Below, in pieces: positions 37,437 to 50,500 of a DNA stretch of 64,000 bases; positions within the stretch are counted from its first letter, which is position 1, and every line of letters starts with the position of its first letter. The DNA is taken from contig CM114271.1 in the NCBI GenBank assembly GCA_050084515.1, positions 16,120,001 through 16,184,000 on the forward strand, written 5' to 3'. Under the pieces are notes generated by a model. It made no database searches and was not told the origin of the DNA. It saw only the letters and a program-made list of their open reading frames with translations. The position numbers and the translations under genes were made by a program. The stretch is from Blasia pusilla (taxonomy: Eukaryota).

Positions 37437-38734
37437 GGTCACCGAGGTGGGAGAGCAGAGGAGGGAAACTTCAAGTCGTTTCCTCCGCGCTACGAGAGAC
37501 GGACTTCTGACCTCACCTTGCGAGAACTGAAACCTCGTCCGACAACAACAGACTACTGGTCGAGAAAATCGAGAGTCTCTCAACTCCACAATCCTCACGA
37601 TTCCTGATCTGTGCCGAAAGATACGAAAGTGTCGAGCGCCAAACCCTTGCACACACTCCTACGACACCTACTCAACCTACAACCGAATAGGCAAAAAATT
37701 GCGGGTGTTAATCCGCTAGAATCTCCGCTCCCTGCGCTCGGATGCTCGCCTCCACACCAACCGTCTCAAAGCCAATCCCCTTGAGATCCGCGCATCTCCT
37801 TGCGTTCCGCTTGTGCATCAATATTCGACCGACTTCAACCAAAACTGTGGAGGAACCGATAGCCGCACATCAGATGACAGTCACTCCAAAGATCCGCCTT
37901 CCGTCTCCGGCTCCTCTCTCGATATTTTCTCGTTCCTACGACCGAACTCTTTACAACGCAGACGTCTCTTCACAGTGTAATAGGCCCACTGAGGGGTGGA
38001 GGAGGTGAAATGTTGTCACTACCGGGACGTGAGTGTCTGTGATGAGGAATGCGGATTGGAGGGTATATGCACACAAGTATGGAAGAGATCGTTTGTTGAA
38101 GGGGCAAGATGAGGAGCGTGAAGGCCTCAATGCAAGTGAAGGGAGGTGGGAGAGAGTGAAGTTGTGGGGTATGCTCTAGGCGAAGCGGGTGATATAGCGG
38201 GAGGGGAAGGGAGGAGAAGGTGGGGTTAAAGCGGCGGGGCCCGCAATTCCGGCCACTGAGGTCGGGCGGCCGGGTGGGTGGGCGGGCGCGCGGGTAACTG
38301 AGGGGAGTGAATAGTAAAAAGGTAGGAAAGGGTACGCGAGCGCCGCGCCCGCCAAGTTTCGTGCCTCTCGTTCTCTAAGGCCTCGTTACCAAGACCGAGT
38401 CCTATCACGGGCAGCCGACGTTTACGGCGCGGTGTCAGATCCGAGGCGGCGGGTTACGGGACCCGGGTTGGGTTGGGTTGGGCTGGGTCGGGTTGGGATG
38501 GCGGGGACGAGGACGAGGAAACTGGGTGGGGACCGACCGGAAAGTTGGTCAACGAGGCCGCGGCAGATGGAGAGGAAGGTGGTGTAGGGCTAAGGGAAGC
38601 AGTGGAAGTTAACTTTAGCCCCGCCAGGGCATTAAAAACACCCGGAGTGTCGCAAGGCCGACAGACAAGGAGAGAGAGGAGGGAAAGGACTACTTTCCTC
38701 GCCAGTTACCCCTGGCTGTCAGGGGGTGGCATCT

Positions 38735-38744
38735 GCCACGTGGC
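38735..38744. promoter_or_regulatory. Perfect palindromic G-box/ABRE GCCACGTGGC ~1.3 kb upstream of the ERF start
   Basis: Motif match only; the context is GC-rich, so a chance match is possible. Confidence 0.35.
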
Positions 38745-41700
38745 GAGGCTGCATGGTAAAGGTAGTGTGAATCTGCCCCCTCCAGTAGCGCGCTAGTTGA
38801 ATTTAGGCGGCCCTGCGTCTAGCTACGGAGAAGTGACCAAAGGGAATTGGCCCTATTTTCGTACCCCGCGCCGTGCCAGCCAGCAGAACTCTCCGGTCCT
38901 GAGTCCCATTTGGAGCCACGCCGCCCGTCCGCCGCCGCCGCCGATCTACATGTCCAAATCCCCTCCATGGGGCAACCTCCATATATCGCCGGTCGTCGGC
39001 CGAGGTGTCAAACCAGTCTTGCGGCCATGTATTCTGATGGGTTTCCAATCCTATTTTCTATTTATTATTTATTTTCTTGCGGCCCGCGAAAGCGTGGTCC
39101 CGCGGGAATATTGTTTTGGCGCTATATCGTACCTGCTATACAGCCATCCGTGGATGCAGTTGAGGGGACGGGACTTTCGGCAGACGCCAGCCCGGCCATG
39201 AGAGAGCCGCAGGCAAATAAAATCGATCTAGCGCGGTACGTTTCAGCGGTTTCAATAATATGACGGTGCTTTGGATAGGCAGACTATCCCTGACCTCTTC
39301 GTGTGTGACCGGCAAACCTCCGTTGCCAGAGTTACCATCCCGTCCGCCATCCGCCCCAAAACGACTATATCCCTAACGTCTTCGTGTGGGACGGCCAACG
39401 CTCCGTCGGTAGAGTTACCATCCCGTCCGCCATCCGCAAAAAAAAACACTTCCACCCGCGACGGATACGCACCTACAATTAGAGTATCATCATCATTTTC
39501 GTCGGGGAGGGCCTCATCGCAGCGGCAGCTGCGGTTTCCCGATAATTTAGCCGTAAGATGCGACATGCTCCAGCCGCCAGCTGCGCGCACAGAGGGAAGA
39601 GCCAATGCTCCCCCGCCTGACTGTCTGCCTGCCGACGGCTTTGCTGGCTGGGCTCGAAGCGATGCCGTGATGCATGCAAGAATCGATTGGCATGGCTATA
39701 GGCTTGGATGCATTTCGCTGCAGAGCACAGAGACGACGCTGCTACTGCTGCAGGCAAGGAGGGAGGGCATGCCACCCGATGGGTGATGGCATCTTCTACG
39801 CCGGGCAGCGCGGGCAGGGCTGCGGACGGGCAGGCAGGCAGGCAGGCAGGCCTGGTGGCGGAGGACAAGGCAGTCACAGGCAGGCGCGTGGGGGTTCGCT
39901 GCCATTTCTTGTGGGCCACGCGCGAGGGAGCGCAAGGGAAGGAGAGCAGGTTTGTAGTCCTAGATCCCGAAACGGGGTCGAGGCTCTGGAGTTGGTGCCC
40001 CGCGCACGGACTGTATACACAGGCTCATATACGGGAAGGGAAGACATCGGTTTCATTTTATATATATATATATAGAAAAATAGAAAATAGGATGGGAAAC
40101 CCATCAGGATACAAATGAAATGAGGGGGCATAGAGAACCAAAAGAAATCCCAAGGGCAAGGAAGGACAAGGGCTCTATCGGAGCCCGGGGGGTGCAGCCC
40201 AGTCAGCGCGCCGCCATTGCGTATATGGGAGTACGGAAGGCGCACCCAGCCGCGTGCGGCCCCACACGCTCATTCAACGCGGGAACAACGTCATCCCGTA
40301 TAGTCTGGAGCTTTAAAGAGGTTACCGGCGATTCTACGGCTCCCCAGGGGGTGACTTGTCTGATCCAGACGTGAGCGCCGTTTCTATTCTGCTCTCGGGG
40401 TGGGGTTTGGCACTGACCTGCTGCCGCTCTTCCTCGAATCCTCACGCTCGCCCGCTCGGTTCGGCTGCCACAGTTGGGTTGGGTAACTCGGGGTCAGGTT
40501 GGCTCAAACCCGGAGCCACGGCTATTCTTCCCCGGCCCGAACTCCAAGGTGGGTTCCGCAAGTCTTGTGCGACCCGACAATTTCCCGCACCGTTCCAGCC
40601 CATCGGTCCCCGCTCTCCTCTCCGCAGCTCAGCTCAGCTCAACCGGAACCCTAACTCCCCCGCCCTGGGGCAGTGACGTACGATCGAAGTAGGCATGGAC
40701 AGCGCCGACAATTGCCTGCCTCCACGCGGCAATCCACGATTCCGCGATGCAGAGACCGCATTGATACTGAATCCTTTATCCCACTGGCTGCAGGGCAGTC
40801 GGCCGTCCCGACGTGTCGCAGTCAGACTCATGAACTGATCACATGCGCATCGAGCATGGGTTGCATACAAGAGTTGGAATGTATGGAAGTGGCGGGACCT
40901 GCTGCATGCGGATTGATTACCCGATGGCGAGCAATCACGGGTTCGGATGGGCCGGGTTGAAGTGATGGCTCGATTCGAGTCAAATGGCTGCCGGGATATT
41001 ATCGGTGGCATGCGCCGGTTCTTCGCGGCGTGCGTGACCCAAGGCTGCATAAGAAGCGAGGCCTGCGGAGGTCCTGCCTCATCCTCTTTCACGCCGGGCC
41101 AGACTACGCCATGCCCATGCAGCACTTCCACACGCGTGCAGCGAGACAAAAGAGCAGCTGCACCGACGGTAGACTGTATCACACAATCACAGTAAAACCA
41201 CTTTAACAACAGCCCGCCTTTCGCCGCTTCGTTCGTGTTCGTTTGTCTAGCAGTCAAGAGCCCGGCGTAATCCTCCGTGCTATTGGCTGACGCGGATGAG
41301 GGGCCACGGAGGTCCTGACGGAGAGAAGCGAAGGAAGGCCCCTCCGGGGTTTAGTCGCTGGGTGGCAGGCGAGCAGGTTCGGTTCTGCCGTGGATGGTAG
41401 GGGATGGAGGGGCGGGAGGTCCGTCCGTCTCCATGCGAGGGAGCAGAACGAAACCGCATCCTTTGTCCCTGTCTGGCTAATCCGCCGGCGGCGGCATGTC
41501 TACAGTCACCGGCTGGAACCCTGATGCGATTTGGGGGTGATACCAGTCGGTGTAAAGGTTTACCGGCGAACATTGGCGTGGCGGCCGCGGTTGCGTCACA
41601 AGTATATGAATGGGACGACGACGGGTGAGAGGCAGCGGCGAGACGTTGTCGGTGTGGCGAATTGGCCCATCTCGAGGCTGGCGGTGGCAGCCGGCCCCTC

Positions 41701-42489
41701 CTCCCCCCATCATACGGACATCGACAGATCGTACACAGGCGACTTTGCAGGGCCCGCAACGCTACAGAGACGGTAAGGTCTCGTCGCGGGGAGGCGCCCA
41801 GGTGTATACCAGGGGTCCAGGACGAGCTGATGTACCTCGCGCTCTCGACCTTCCTTCTTCAACGCAAAGCGTCGCGGTCAGGGCCGGAGCCTGTGGTAAG
41901 TTGGTGTTTGTCCGTGTCCGCATTTCTAGAGGGACAGGACACAGTACCGAGTCCCCCAGTACCACTGGAACGGGTGATTCCTTTGTTCCGAGCCGTCTCG
42001 CCCGGCGACATCTGGAGCGCGGCGCGAAGTGAGAAGGTGGATGGACAGATAGTGGACGGAATGTGCTCTCAGTCTCTCAAGATGACCGGGATCCAGGCCG
42101 ATCCCCCCCCCGTTCACCAGGGACGGCCCAGATCGCCGGTGATCCCAGTCGGCGTCTTCCATACTAACGGCGGACGGCGGGGCGGAGCCGCGGAGGAGCA
42201 GGGCTACAACAGGTTCGAACAGGTGGCGTGTTTGCGCCGCCCTTTTACTCGGGTTGCAAGGTTGGTGGCAGCCTTCTCCCACTTGGCACCTTTCGTACAC
42301 CGGCTCCTGTCGGTTCCCAAACCGGACGGCACGGACGCTTCCAGCATGGCATTCGCGACACTCCTTACAACGGCGAAGCAACCTTCTCTCCCCTACAACG
42401 TACATCACGAGCCTCGTCTCCGGCCGCCCTCTCGTGCAGATCCTGCCCGAGGACGTGGACGGGACTCCTCGAGACTCGACGGGGGGAGC

Positions 42490-44005
42490 AAACAAAGATG
42501 CCCTTCGATAAAAACGAGTGATGGAAAACCCATCGGAAGTACAAAAGAGGGGGACTCAAAGAGTTAAAACCTGAAGGCCACAACAGGACCAGAAAAGGAA
42601 GAAGGGGGCATTCCCCCTAACGATTTAAACTCACCAACAGCAGAGACAATATCAACAACAACAAGGGAGCTATGACTACTACTAAGTGGGCTTCTAGCGG
42701 CGTCTCCCCTGACTGAGCCCGCGCAAAATCCCATTAGCCTGGGCACGCTGCAACGCTATGGAGACCAGCGCCTACAATCTGAATCGCAGAGCTAAGGACA
42801 ACCCATTTCTCGAGTGGAGATGATGGGCGCGATCCGTAAGCAACGAGTCGAACCTCTCCCCCCATAGCCCCATACATCTCTATGGCGTGGGGATGAAGAT
42901 GTGTCCCTCGTGTAGTCGATGTAGATATGTGTCTTCTTCGCCGCCCCGCTCCTTGTAGTATTCGCCCTTGAGCCACCACTTGGGCTCGCTGACCGCCTCC
43001 CCGTAGGATCTGTGACTACCACGTCCGCCACAACCACCTCGACCTCACGTGTCATGTAGAGATCGGCACGAATGAGGGAATCCCGCATGGAGTAGTGCCT
43101 CTCTCTCTGCACATGGAAGCCACTCTCCCGAGCAATACGAACATGATATCCCGCATTGCATCGTGAGTGGCTATCCTCTCACCCCAATCGACAGCGTGCC
43201 AAATGCACACCAAGTGGATCCAGGCTCGCAACACTCGCAATATGTCGAACCAACCACCGATGGTTGGGGAGGCCCAAAGCGGAACCGCATCGTTGTGGTA
43301 TAGGTAAGTGGTGCGACACGAAAGCTGGAGAAGGGGGCGCCCCTACCCATGAGCCTGCCCCTTTCCGAGCAAGAGCGAATACGGGCCCTAACCTCCATGG
43401 GGATATTCCCGTCAGACATAGTGCCTCTAAAAACTGCCTCAAAGTGGGCTTCCATCAAGGAAGATTGGAGCCAGGATCGACCGGAGGTAACTAAGGAGGA
43501 GAAAGTGGGGAGAACGGCTCGGCCTCAACTCAAGGGAATCTCTACAAGCCGTGAGTGAAGATTGAAGTGGGAAAGAGCCATCCTCGACTGGGAGACGAGT
43601 GTAGAAGGAGCGGTCTATCTCTAACCAAAAATCGGGAGCAAAGGAGGGGTGTCACTGTGGCCCAACTCCCTAAAAAAGCGGAGGGCGCCACTAACTCGGT
43701 CGAGATAAGACCTACTCCACCAAAAGAAATCGGCCAAGAGGCCTGTCTACGAGCTAACTCCCCCATGGGGCACTCTAAGGAGCCGGGTCCTAGAAGATCC
43801 CCAAACACCTGCATGAGCTTCCTATCAAAGGATCTATATAGGGAAGAAAGGTGACTAGATGTCCAGACAGTTCTAGTGAGGTAACCAGGTCTACGAGCAA
43901 AACAAGAAGAGAGAATGCCGAAGGCGACTTGAGGGTCACCAATCCTCGTAAGATCATCAACGTGGAGAAGATCCTCGGTAAGAGCCGCTGCCACGAAAGT
44001 CGATA
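42490..44005 (-). mobile_element. 5'-truncated non-LTR retrotransposon with a restriction-like endonuclease (CRE-like), decayed
   Basis: Post-RT motifs ARRQASWPISFGGVGL and GAGSWVGAPP; CCHC CECC..DPLGVHLARC; RIATHDAMRD; RLE-type RADL...ADVVVTDP...AKK...AIEMYG; terminal SIALQRAQA followed by a short 3' UTR. Confidence 0.82.
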
Positions 44006-45930
44006 CGGGGAGGAGGAAGCGAACCCTACCAGAGTCAGCCTCGCTGCGTCGAGAGGTCATATCAATATAGTACAGTACCGTACTGTCGTCCTCCGCTGTA
44101 GCTGACAACAGGCACCTCCCGGGGACGAGCGGGGCGGACAGGGGTGGCTCAAGCTCAACCAGTCCCGTTCCCCGCCCGCGGGTCCGCCCGCACTTGCACC
44201 ACGCCGGCGACGAATGAGGGCTGCGCGCTGGCGGGTAGGCGCGGCGTCTGCGGTCCCGGTCCTCCTGGCAGGGCCGATATCATCAAAACGCGCGGCATCC
44301 CGACAGCCGTTTTGCGTGCTTGGCGCGGCTACCGCGGTGGTGCACCCCTCGTGTGCGCGGTTCTGTCGGGTAGGTGAGTGCGTGCGCACGCCGATTTATG
44401 ACGTCCCCCTACCCTCCTCTATTTCGCTCCTTATCCTTCCTTCCGTCCGGTCCTGCCGCCGTTGGTATTTTATGACCCAACTCTCACTGCATACGGCCGT
44501 CTTTGTACTCCAACAGACGACGTCCGTAACTGAACGCCACGGTACAGCCCGAGGGATGGACAGAACCGCGCCACGCCACTCCGCTCCAGGGATGGGGCGA
44601 GAGAGTTCACTTCACCACCGCCATAAGGTCTTCTACTTTCAATCAATCAATTAATATCTTTCATTCATCTACTGCAGTAGCGGGTCTCTCCAAAGCTGCC
44701 TTGACGTGTGGAGGCCACCTCTAGCATGTGCAAACTTCGGGGGTTGCATATAAGTGGGCATCCGTCCACTTTGAGACTGTTTCAAGACCATAATGAATTT
44801 CTTTGTCATCTTGCACTGTGATGTAGCACGGCGCACATGTTCGATGTGTTTCTCCATCCCATACGGATGGACGGTCACATATACGTGAATTTAAGCGAAT
44901 TGCCGTCGGACACATCTTCATGTCACATTGGATTAGTTTATGTTGGGGATTGGATTAGGAACTCAAGAATGCTCTCTATGCTCCTCCTTTGTATCTCCAT
45001 GGGTTTTTCATCCAGCGTTTTTATTGAAGTTTATCATTTCAAAACTCTCACGAAGGCCTTTTAGCATATCCAATGTAGGAGCATAGATAACTTAGCTTCA
45101 TTTTTTAGATTTCTTTGCAATAATTGGCCGAGGTTATATTTCACTTGCCACCACCATGCACAAGCTCCTCACCCCACTTAGCGCATTGACGTGAAGCCTC
45201 CCTAACCCTTTCCCTGGGAGATCCTCATCCCATTCAATTGATGAATCGGACTCTGTTTAACTCCTTAAATCGATCAACCATAGTTACTTCCTTTGACATT
45301 GAGGTCCAGTTGGGTTTTCTATGGTTGAGGTGGATTGAGGTTTACCATTCACCAAATCTCTTCCGTAAAATTAATTGATAAATTATGTTCTCGTTCTCTT
45401 ATCTTTCTGTGAAAAGAGAGGAACCACTTTCATCCGTCACAACACTTGCAATGCCCAAGAATTTTGTTGGCGCCATACATCTCTGGTAGCTAGTCAAGCA
45501 CGAAAATGGTTTTTTTATAATGTGAATTTTCTTTCAAAAATTACAGAATATTTTCAGATTTTAAGATCTGGAACAAATGATAGCAGTTAACTTTTAAATA
45601 ATATCAAATCTCCTGAATAATTTTGCTCCTCCATAAGAGTTTGAATAATACTTGCTCTTCCCTTTTGGCTCTTCCCATCAAGGTAACATCCATTATCTAA
45701 ATTCTTAGTTAGTTTTAATTAATGAAATCATTTTCCTCTTCCGTTGAAATTCATTTTCCTTTCTCAAAGTATCACATGTGAATTGACCTGATTCTTTTAA
45801 ATAATAAAAATGTTCATTTCAAAATTAAAATATTTTTTCCTTTTCTTAAATTTTATAGGAGTACTAATATTCCACTCTTGGAACTAATTCCTCTTCTTAG
45901 TTGAAATTTAAATGATATCCCTATCCCCTA

Positions 45931-46013
45931 AATAATTCCATCCTTCAACGGGTGATCCTAGGTGTATAATCTTATTATACACCTAGGATCACCCATTATA
46001 AGATGGAGTTATT
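45931..46013. repeat. Hairpin with perfect 21-bp arms (45950-45994) and an imperfect extension
   Basis: gggtgatcctaggtgtataat-ctt-attatacacctaggatcaccc. Confidence 0.95.
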
Positions 46014-47516
46014 AAATTATTATTCACTAACCAAATTATTTTATTATTCCACTCAAATTCATTCTCTTTATCTATTTAATATAACATCTTTAGATTCCTT
46101 ACCCATTTAATGTGAGTGAAGGAACAAAATTCAACCATTTTGCTTTTTTGTCTTATTTTCCATATAGGATTATCCATTATTATAAGATATAGGGTCTTCC
46201 ATTGTCATATAGATAATATATAATTATTCAACGTTAATATAACTAAGTTTCCAAATCCATTACATGTGTTTAACTTCATTCTCGGCAAAGTCTGATATTA
46301 ATGTGTTTCTCAAACTTACTTGGCTTAGATTTCTCTTAATGTGGAGCTTTAGCCTTGTGTTTTCTTTTTTTTCTTTCTTAATTTGACCAATTCTTAAGTT
46401 AAGATTTATGAATTACTCTTCCGAGGTTTTTTTATAATAAATTTGATTCGTCTTACAGTTACTTCCTACTAGATATGTAAAATAATATTTTTGGTAAAAA
46501 AAAAACCTCCCTAAAAAAGAACACTTGCCATCGTTGAGCTCTATAAAACTACTAATTCCGAAACTCACAAACAAAAAAGAATTAGCTTGCATAAAAATGA
46601 AGAGTTCCATCTCTTTCTATATAATTTGTTTCTATTTTCTATGAATGGCCGTAGGAACAAAAAATAGTTTCTTGAATCCACTCAAAGTCATTATATTATC
46701 TAAGATGCTAATATATTAAGGTTGCACACACAAAAAAATTCCATGTGCATGGACTTTTGTCCGTTCCTAAGACAGACATATCCATACGGATGCGGATTCT
46801 CGCGGCGTGCACTCGATTGCACCACGCCTACAATGTAGACCCAGGCTCGGCTAGCCCACACCCAGTACAACAATCCATCGCAACGTCGCTCGTCCTTGCC
46901 ATCTATTTAATGTCCCGCACCGAGCCTGCACCTTGCTTGCTGAGGCCCACATCGACCCTACGCATGGCCGTAAGTAAGCTCTCTTGGCCCGCACTAGGTG
47001 GAATTTCTTCCTTGGTGCGTAGGGTGTAAGGTTCCTACACATGCCTTCTTTGGGCCTACGCAGACTAGGTGAGGCAAGGACTCGCAGACCCATTCAATCC
47101 CTGCCCACCTTCCTTAATCCAAACTTACATCCGTTATCATGTCCCAAGCCCGCGCGAACCAAAATTGTGATACCAAAATAATGGAGGCGGATCATCCGTT
47201 GGTATGTCCATAAACATGGGACAAATATTTACCTGTCAAAGGGGTCCCCAATTTCAACTCTTCCCTTGAAAAATGGGGGACGGTCTCAACCCAGGGCAAT
47301 GGCATGAGTTTAGTCTCGTGGGAGATATTAAGTTTATAAGCAGATTGTGTTTGGTTGTAGTATAGTACAACAAGTGTCGAGGTATGTGATTTCTCTTAGG
47401 ATGTTAGAATAATGCATCGTCCTAGAGGGGTCACATTGGCATCACATGATGCATGGTTAATTATCTAACATTGATTACTAATCATGGATTATTGACTAGC
47501 CTACACTTAGAGACAT

Positions 47517-47560
47517 ATTCTTCACTATATGTTGTCCTCTTACAACATATAGTGAAGAAT
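47517..47560. repeat. Hairpin with perfect 19-bp arms
   Basis: attcttcactatatgttgt-cctctt-acaacatatagtgaagaat. Confidence 0.95.
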
Positions 47561-50500
47561 CACCAACATAAACTCTAACTGAAGATCTTACAAGACGTAT
47601 ATTATATTTCCATGTGAATCTCTTAGAATTTGCATGATTTCATTGAAACAAAATGTAGGTTGAGTACACGAAATAGAAATTTAGGATATTCATATCAACA
47701 AAATTGAATCTTATATATATCTCTTCATGTACCACTCTATTCAAATATTCAATCTTGATATCCATATGATGTAGTCTCTACTTCTTACTCGTTATAACCC
47801 CAACAACATACTACTGTTATAGTTGGTATCTTAATAACATGATGAAATGTCTCCTCCTAGTCAATAACACATTTTTGTGCATAGCCCTTGGATATTGCTC
47901 CAATTTTGTATTTACTCATTGTATCATCTTAATTACATTTGACCTTATTATCCCATATAAAACTTTTCTTCCTTTCTATGAGATATATTAACAAGATTCC
48001 AATTTCATTGACATTTAAATTAAATAAGTACTTCTCCCATAAATTAAATCCACTCCACCTTAGCCAGTAGATGTTGTGTCTTTGAATTTTGCTATTTTTT
48101 GTTCTACACTTGATATTGATGCTCCACATAAATTATTTTGATGAAAGACTTCAACTCTCATATTCGCTTTCATTTTGAAGCTAGACTTTTTGTAGGAACT
48201 CCTCATCCCATAGTAATTTTAAGATCTAGGGATCCTAGATTATTTTTGTAGACCCGAATGATTACCACATCACCACCTTGTAATTGTGGCTTGTATTGAT
48301 TTGCACTATGTTTTGTGAATTTCTTTCCACCTCTTCTTTTGAAATCTTTGATATTCACCACAACCATGGAAGCCTCTACTACAAACCTATTTTTTTTTAT
48401 TCAAAACTCACATATAGGGCACTCTCTTGTATTTTATACGAGTTACCAAAATCAACTATATGCATCTTCTTGGTGATTAAAAAATATTGATTCCTCAAAT
48501 ATAGGATATTTTCTTTCTCAAAGAGATATAGATTTCAACGGACTTCCATTCTTTTTGGAAGATCTTGAGGGATAGAAAAAAAATCTTGTATAATCATTCC
48601 AACATTACTTAATTAATCAATAATTTTCATGATATTTAAAATGAGTATTAATCCTTTCCTCACCTAATTCAATTTTTATTTCAATTGAAGCTTCTTAGTT
48701 GTATAGTCACTTGGAATAGCTTCTCTAGTGCATTCTCACCTTTATTTCAAATATCAACTTCTTATATATGAACATCCATGGGCAAATTGACTATTATCAA
48801 CATATAGTGAATTCATTTGCCTTTCTTGATAATCTGTGTGTATAACTCCGTTTTTGGGACCTTCTTGGAAGTTTCTTGAATTTTGATTAAGTAATAATAA
48901 CTCCAAGGATAATTTGGGATGACTTGTATGTACATGTTTTCTTGTTAAAGCCTTGTGGCATTGGAGAGGGGTTCACTCCAAGGAGAGTCTCCGAGAGGCT
49001 TATCTTTCTATTATTGATCCTTCACAGGACATGTTATAGTAGGATATTATTCTTGATGTATTAGGCATGAATTCCCTTGTGCAAAGAATATGTAAGGCTT
49101 GAATGTTGATTAGTAATTCAAAGAACATCGTGTTTCCTATTTGATTTCTATTGTATAGCCAATTGGTATGGTGATGTATGTACATGTGCTATATTTATAT
49201 GGAAACGATACATGGTATGTAGTGATGTTTATATGCACTAAAATATAAAATTATGGCAAGGAGATTGGGAAAACTTATGGGAAATGAGAGTGTAATAAAG
49301 ATTAGGAATTTCATGTCTTTTTTTTCTACTTCATTTTGTGCCGCATGAATAAAATCATTTAATTTAGAGGATGAATAGAAGATAATTATAGAAATAGAAA
49401 CTTGGCCTAGACGAGTAAATAGGTATTGTGATGATCATAATCTATATATGTTCACCGATGGAAAAAAGAAAATATAAAGGCATTTTGCTTTTTATCTCAA
49501 GGGGTCAAAAAAACAAAGATAGTCAAATTGCACAATAGGTTTCTTCTAGACACATTTTGCACTTCCATGAACATAGCTACTAGCTTAATCATCTTATTAC
49601 CCTTTTAATGATTTAAATACACAAGGTTGGGACAAGCCTTAAGAAAGACTCTGAGAGAGTATAATCTCAAATTTTCAATGTGCTTCTCATATGAAGTTAC
49701 CTCCCATGGTTGTACTCTATCCGCCACTTAGCCTATTCTAAGACTATCTTATATGCAAAGAAAATTGCAAACTCAAGTTTGTCAACATATGAAAGAAGGA
49801 AATTGATATATACTTGAATGCATAGAAGAATCCAATCATAAATCTGTAGTGTACATCATAGTTTCTACGCACTACTTAATCTAAACTCTCACTAGTTGCA
49901 TAATTTCATTGCATTCAAGAACAACTTATCACATTTAAGCCTTCTTAATTGAGTGACGAGAGATTAAAGATATTTTTGGATTAGAAGATATTGGTCATTT
50001 TACTCTCAATCCCTACCATAGGTGGATATATCTTACAAACTTAGGAAATTTGTAAAATTGAAGGGACAAGTTGGTACTTAGTTCTTGAAGAGTGTCTGCA
50101 ATTTTAAGCTTTTGATATATGATATTCATAGCTAATACAGAAACTAGGAAATTCTCATTGCTATCTAAGACAAAGCCCTTGATTTTTATGATTCCCCTTT
50201 ATGAGACGAAATCCAATAAAATGGTTGAAACTCTTTTTCACATGGTTATTGCAACCCTAGAATGTAGCATTCGAAAGCCAGAGGTACCCCCCCTAAAACT
50301 TTGATTGGAAGCCATATTCCAAAATTTCCCAATGTGTGAATGTCCCTTACTAATAATTTTGGAACGCGGCACACATTCTTAAGTTTGAGAAGTAGAGGAT
50401 CAAGAAAATTACTTATTCTATACTAGGTGAGCTAGGGAAAACTAGTGGAAGGAAAATTTTCATCTTTCGTACTTATGTTTCCATAGCGATCGTTCATGTT

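Noticed and set aside
37437-37652. 72-codon in-frame N-terminal extension of the ERF ORF from a GTG
   Set aside because: No ATG, low protein-likeness, and typical group VIII ERFs start shortly before the AP2 domain; treated as 5' UTR.
38473-42567. Many overlapping 100-300 aa ORFs, including 41662-42567
   Set aside because: Expected in GC-rich DNA; no recognisable domains and no consistent strand.
47600-50400. Possible decayed retroelement coding remnants in an AT-rich block
   Set aside because: Only a faint protease-like patch; not enough motif evidence to call.
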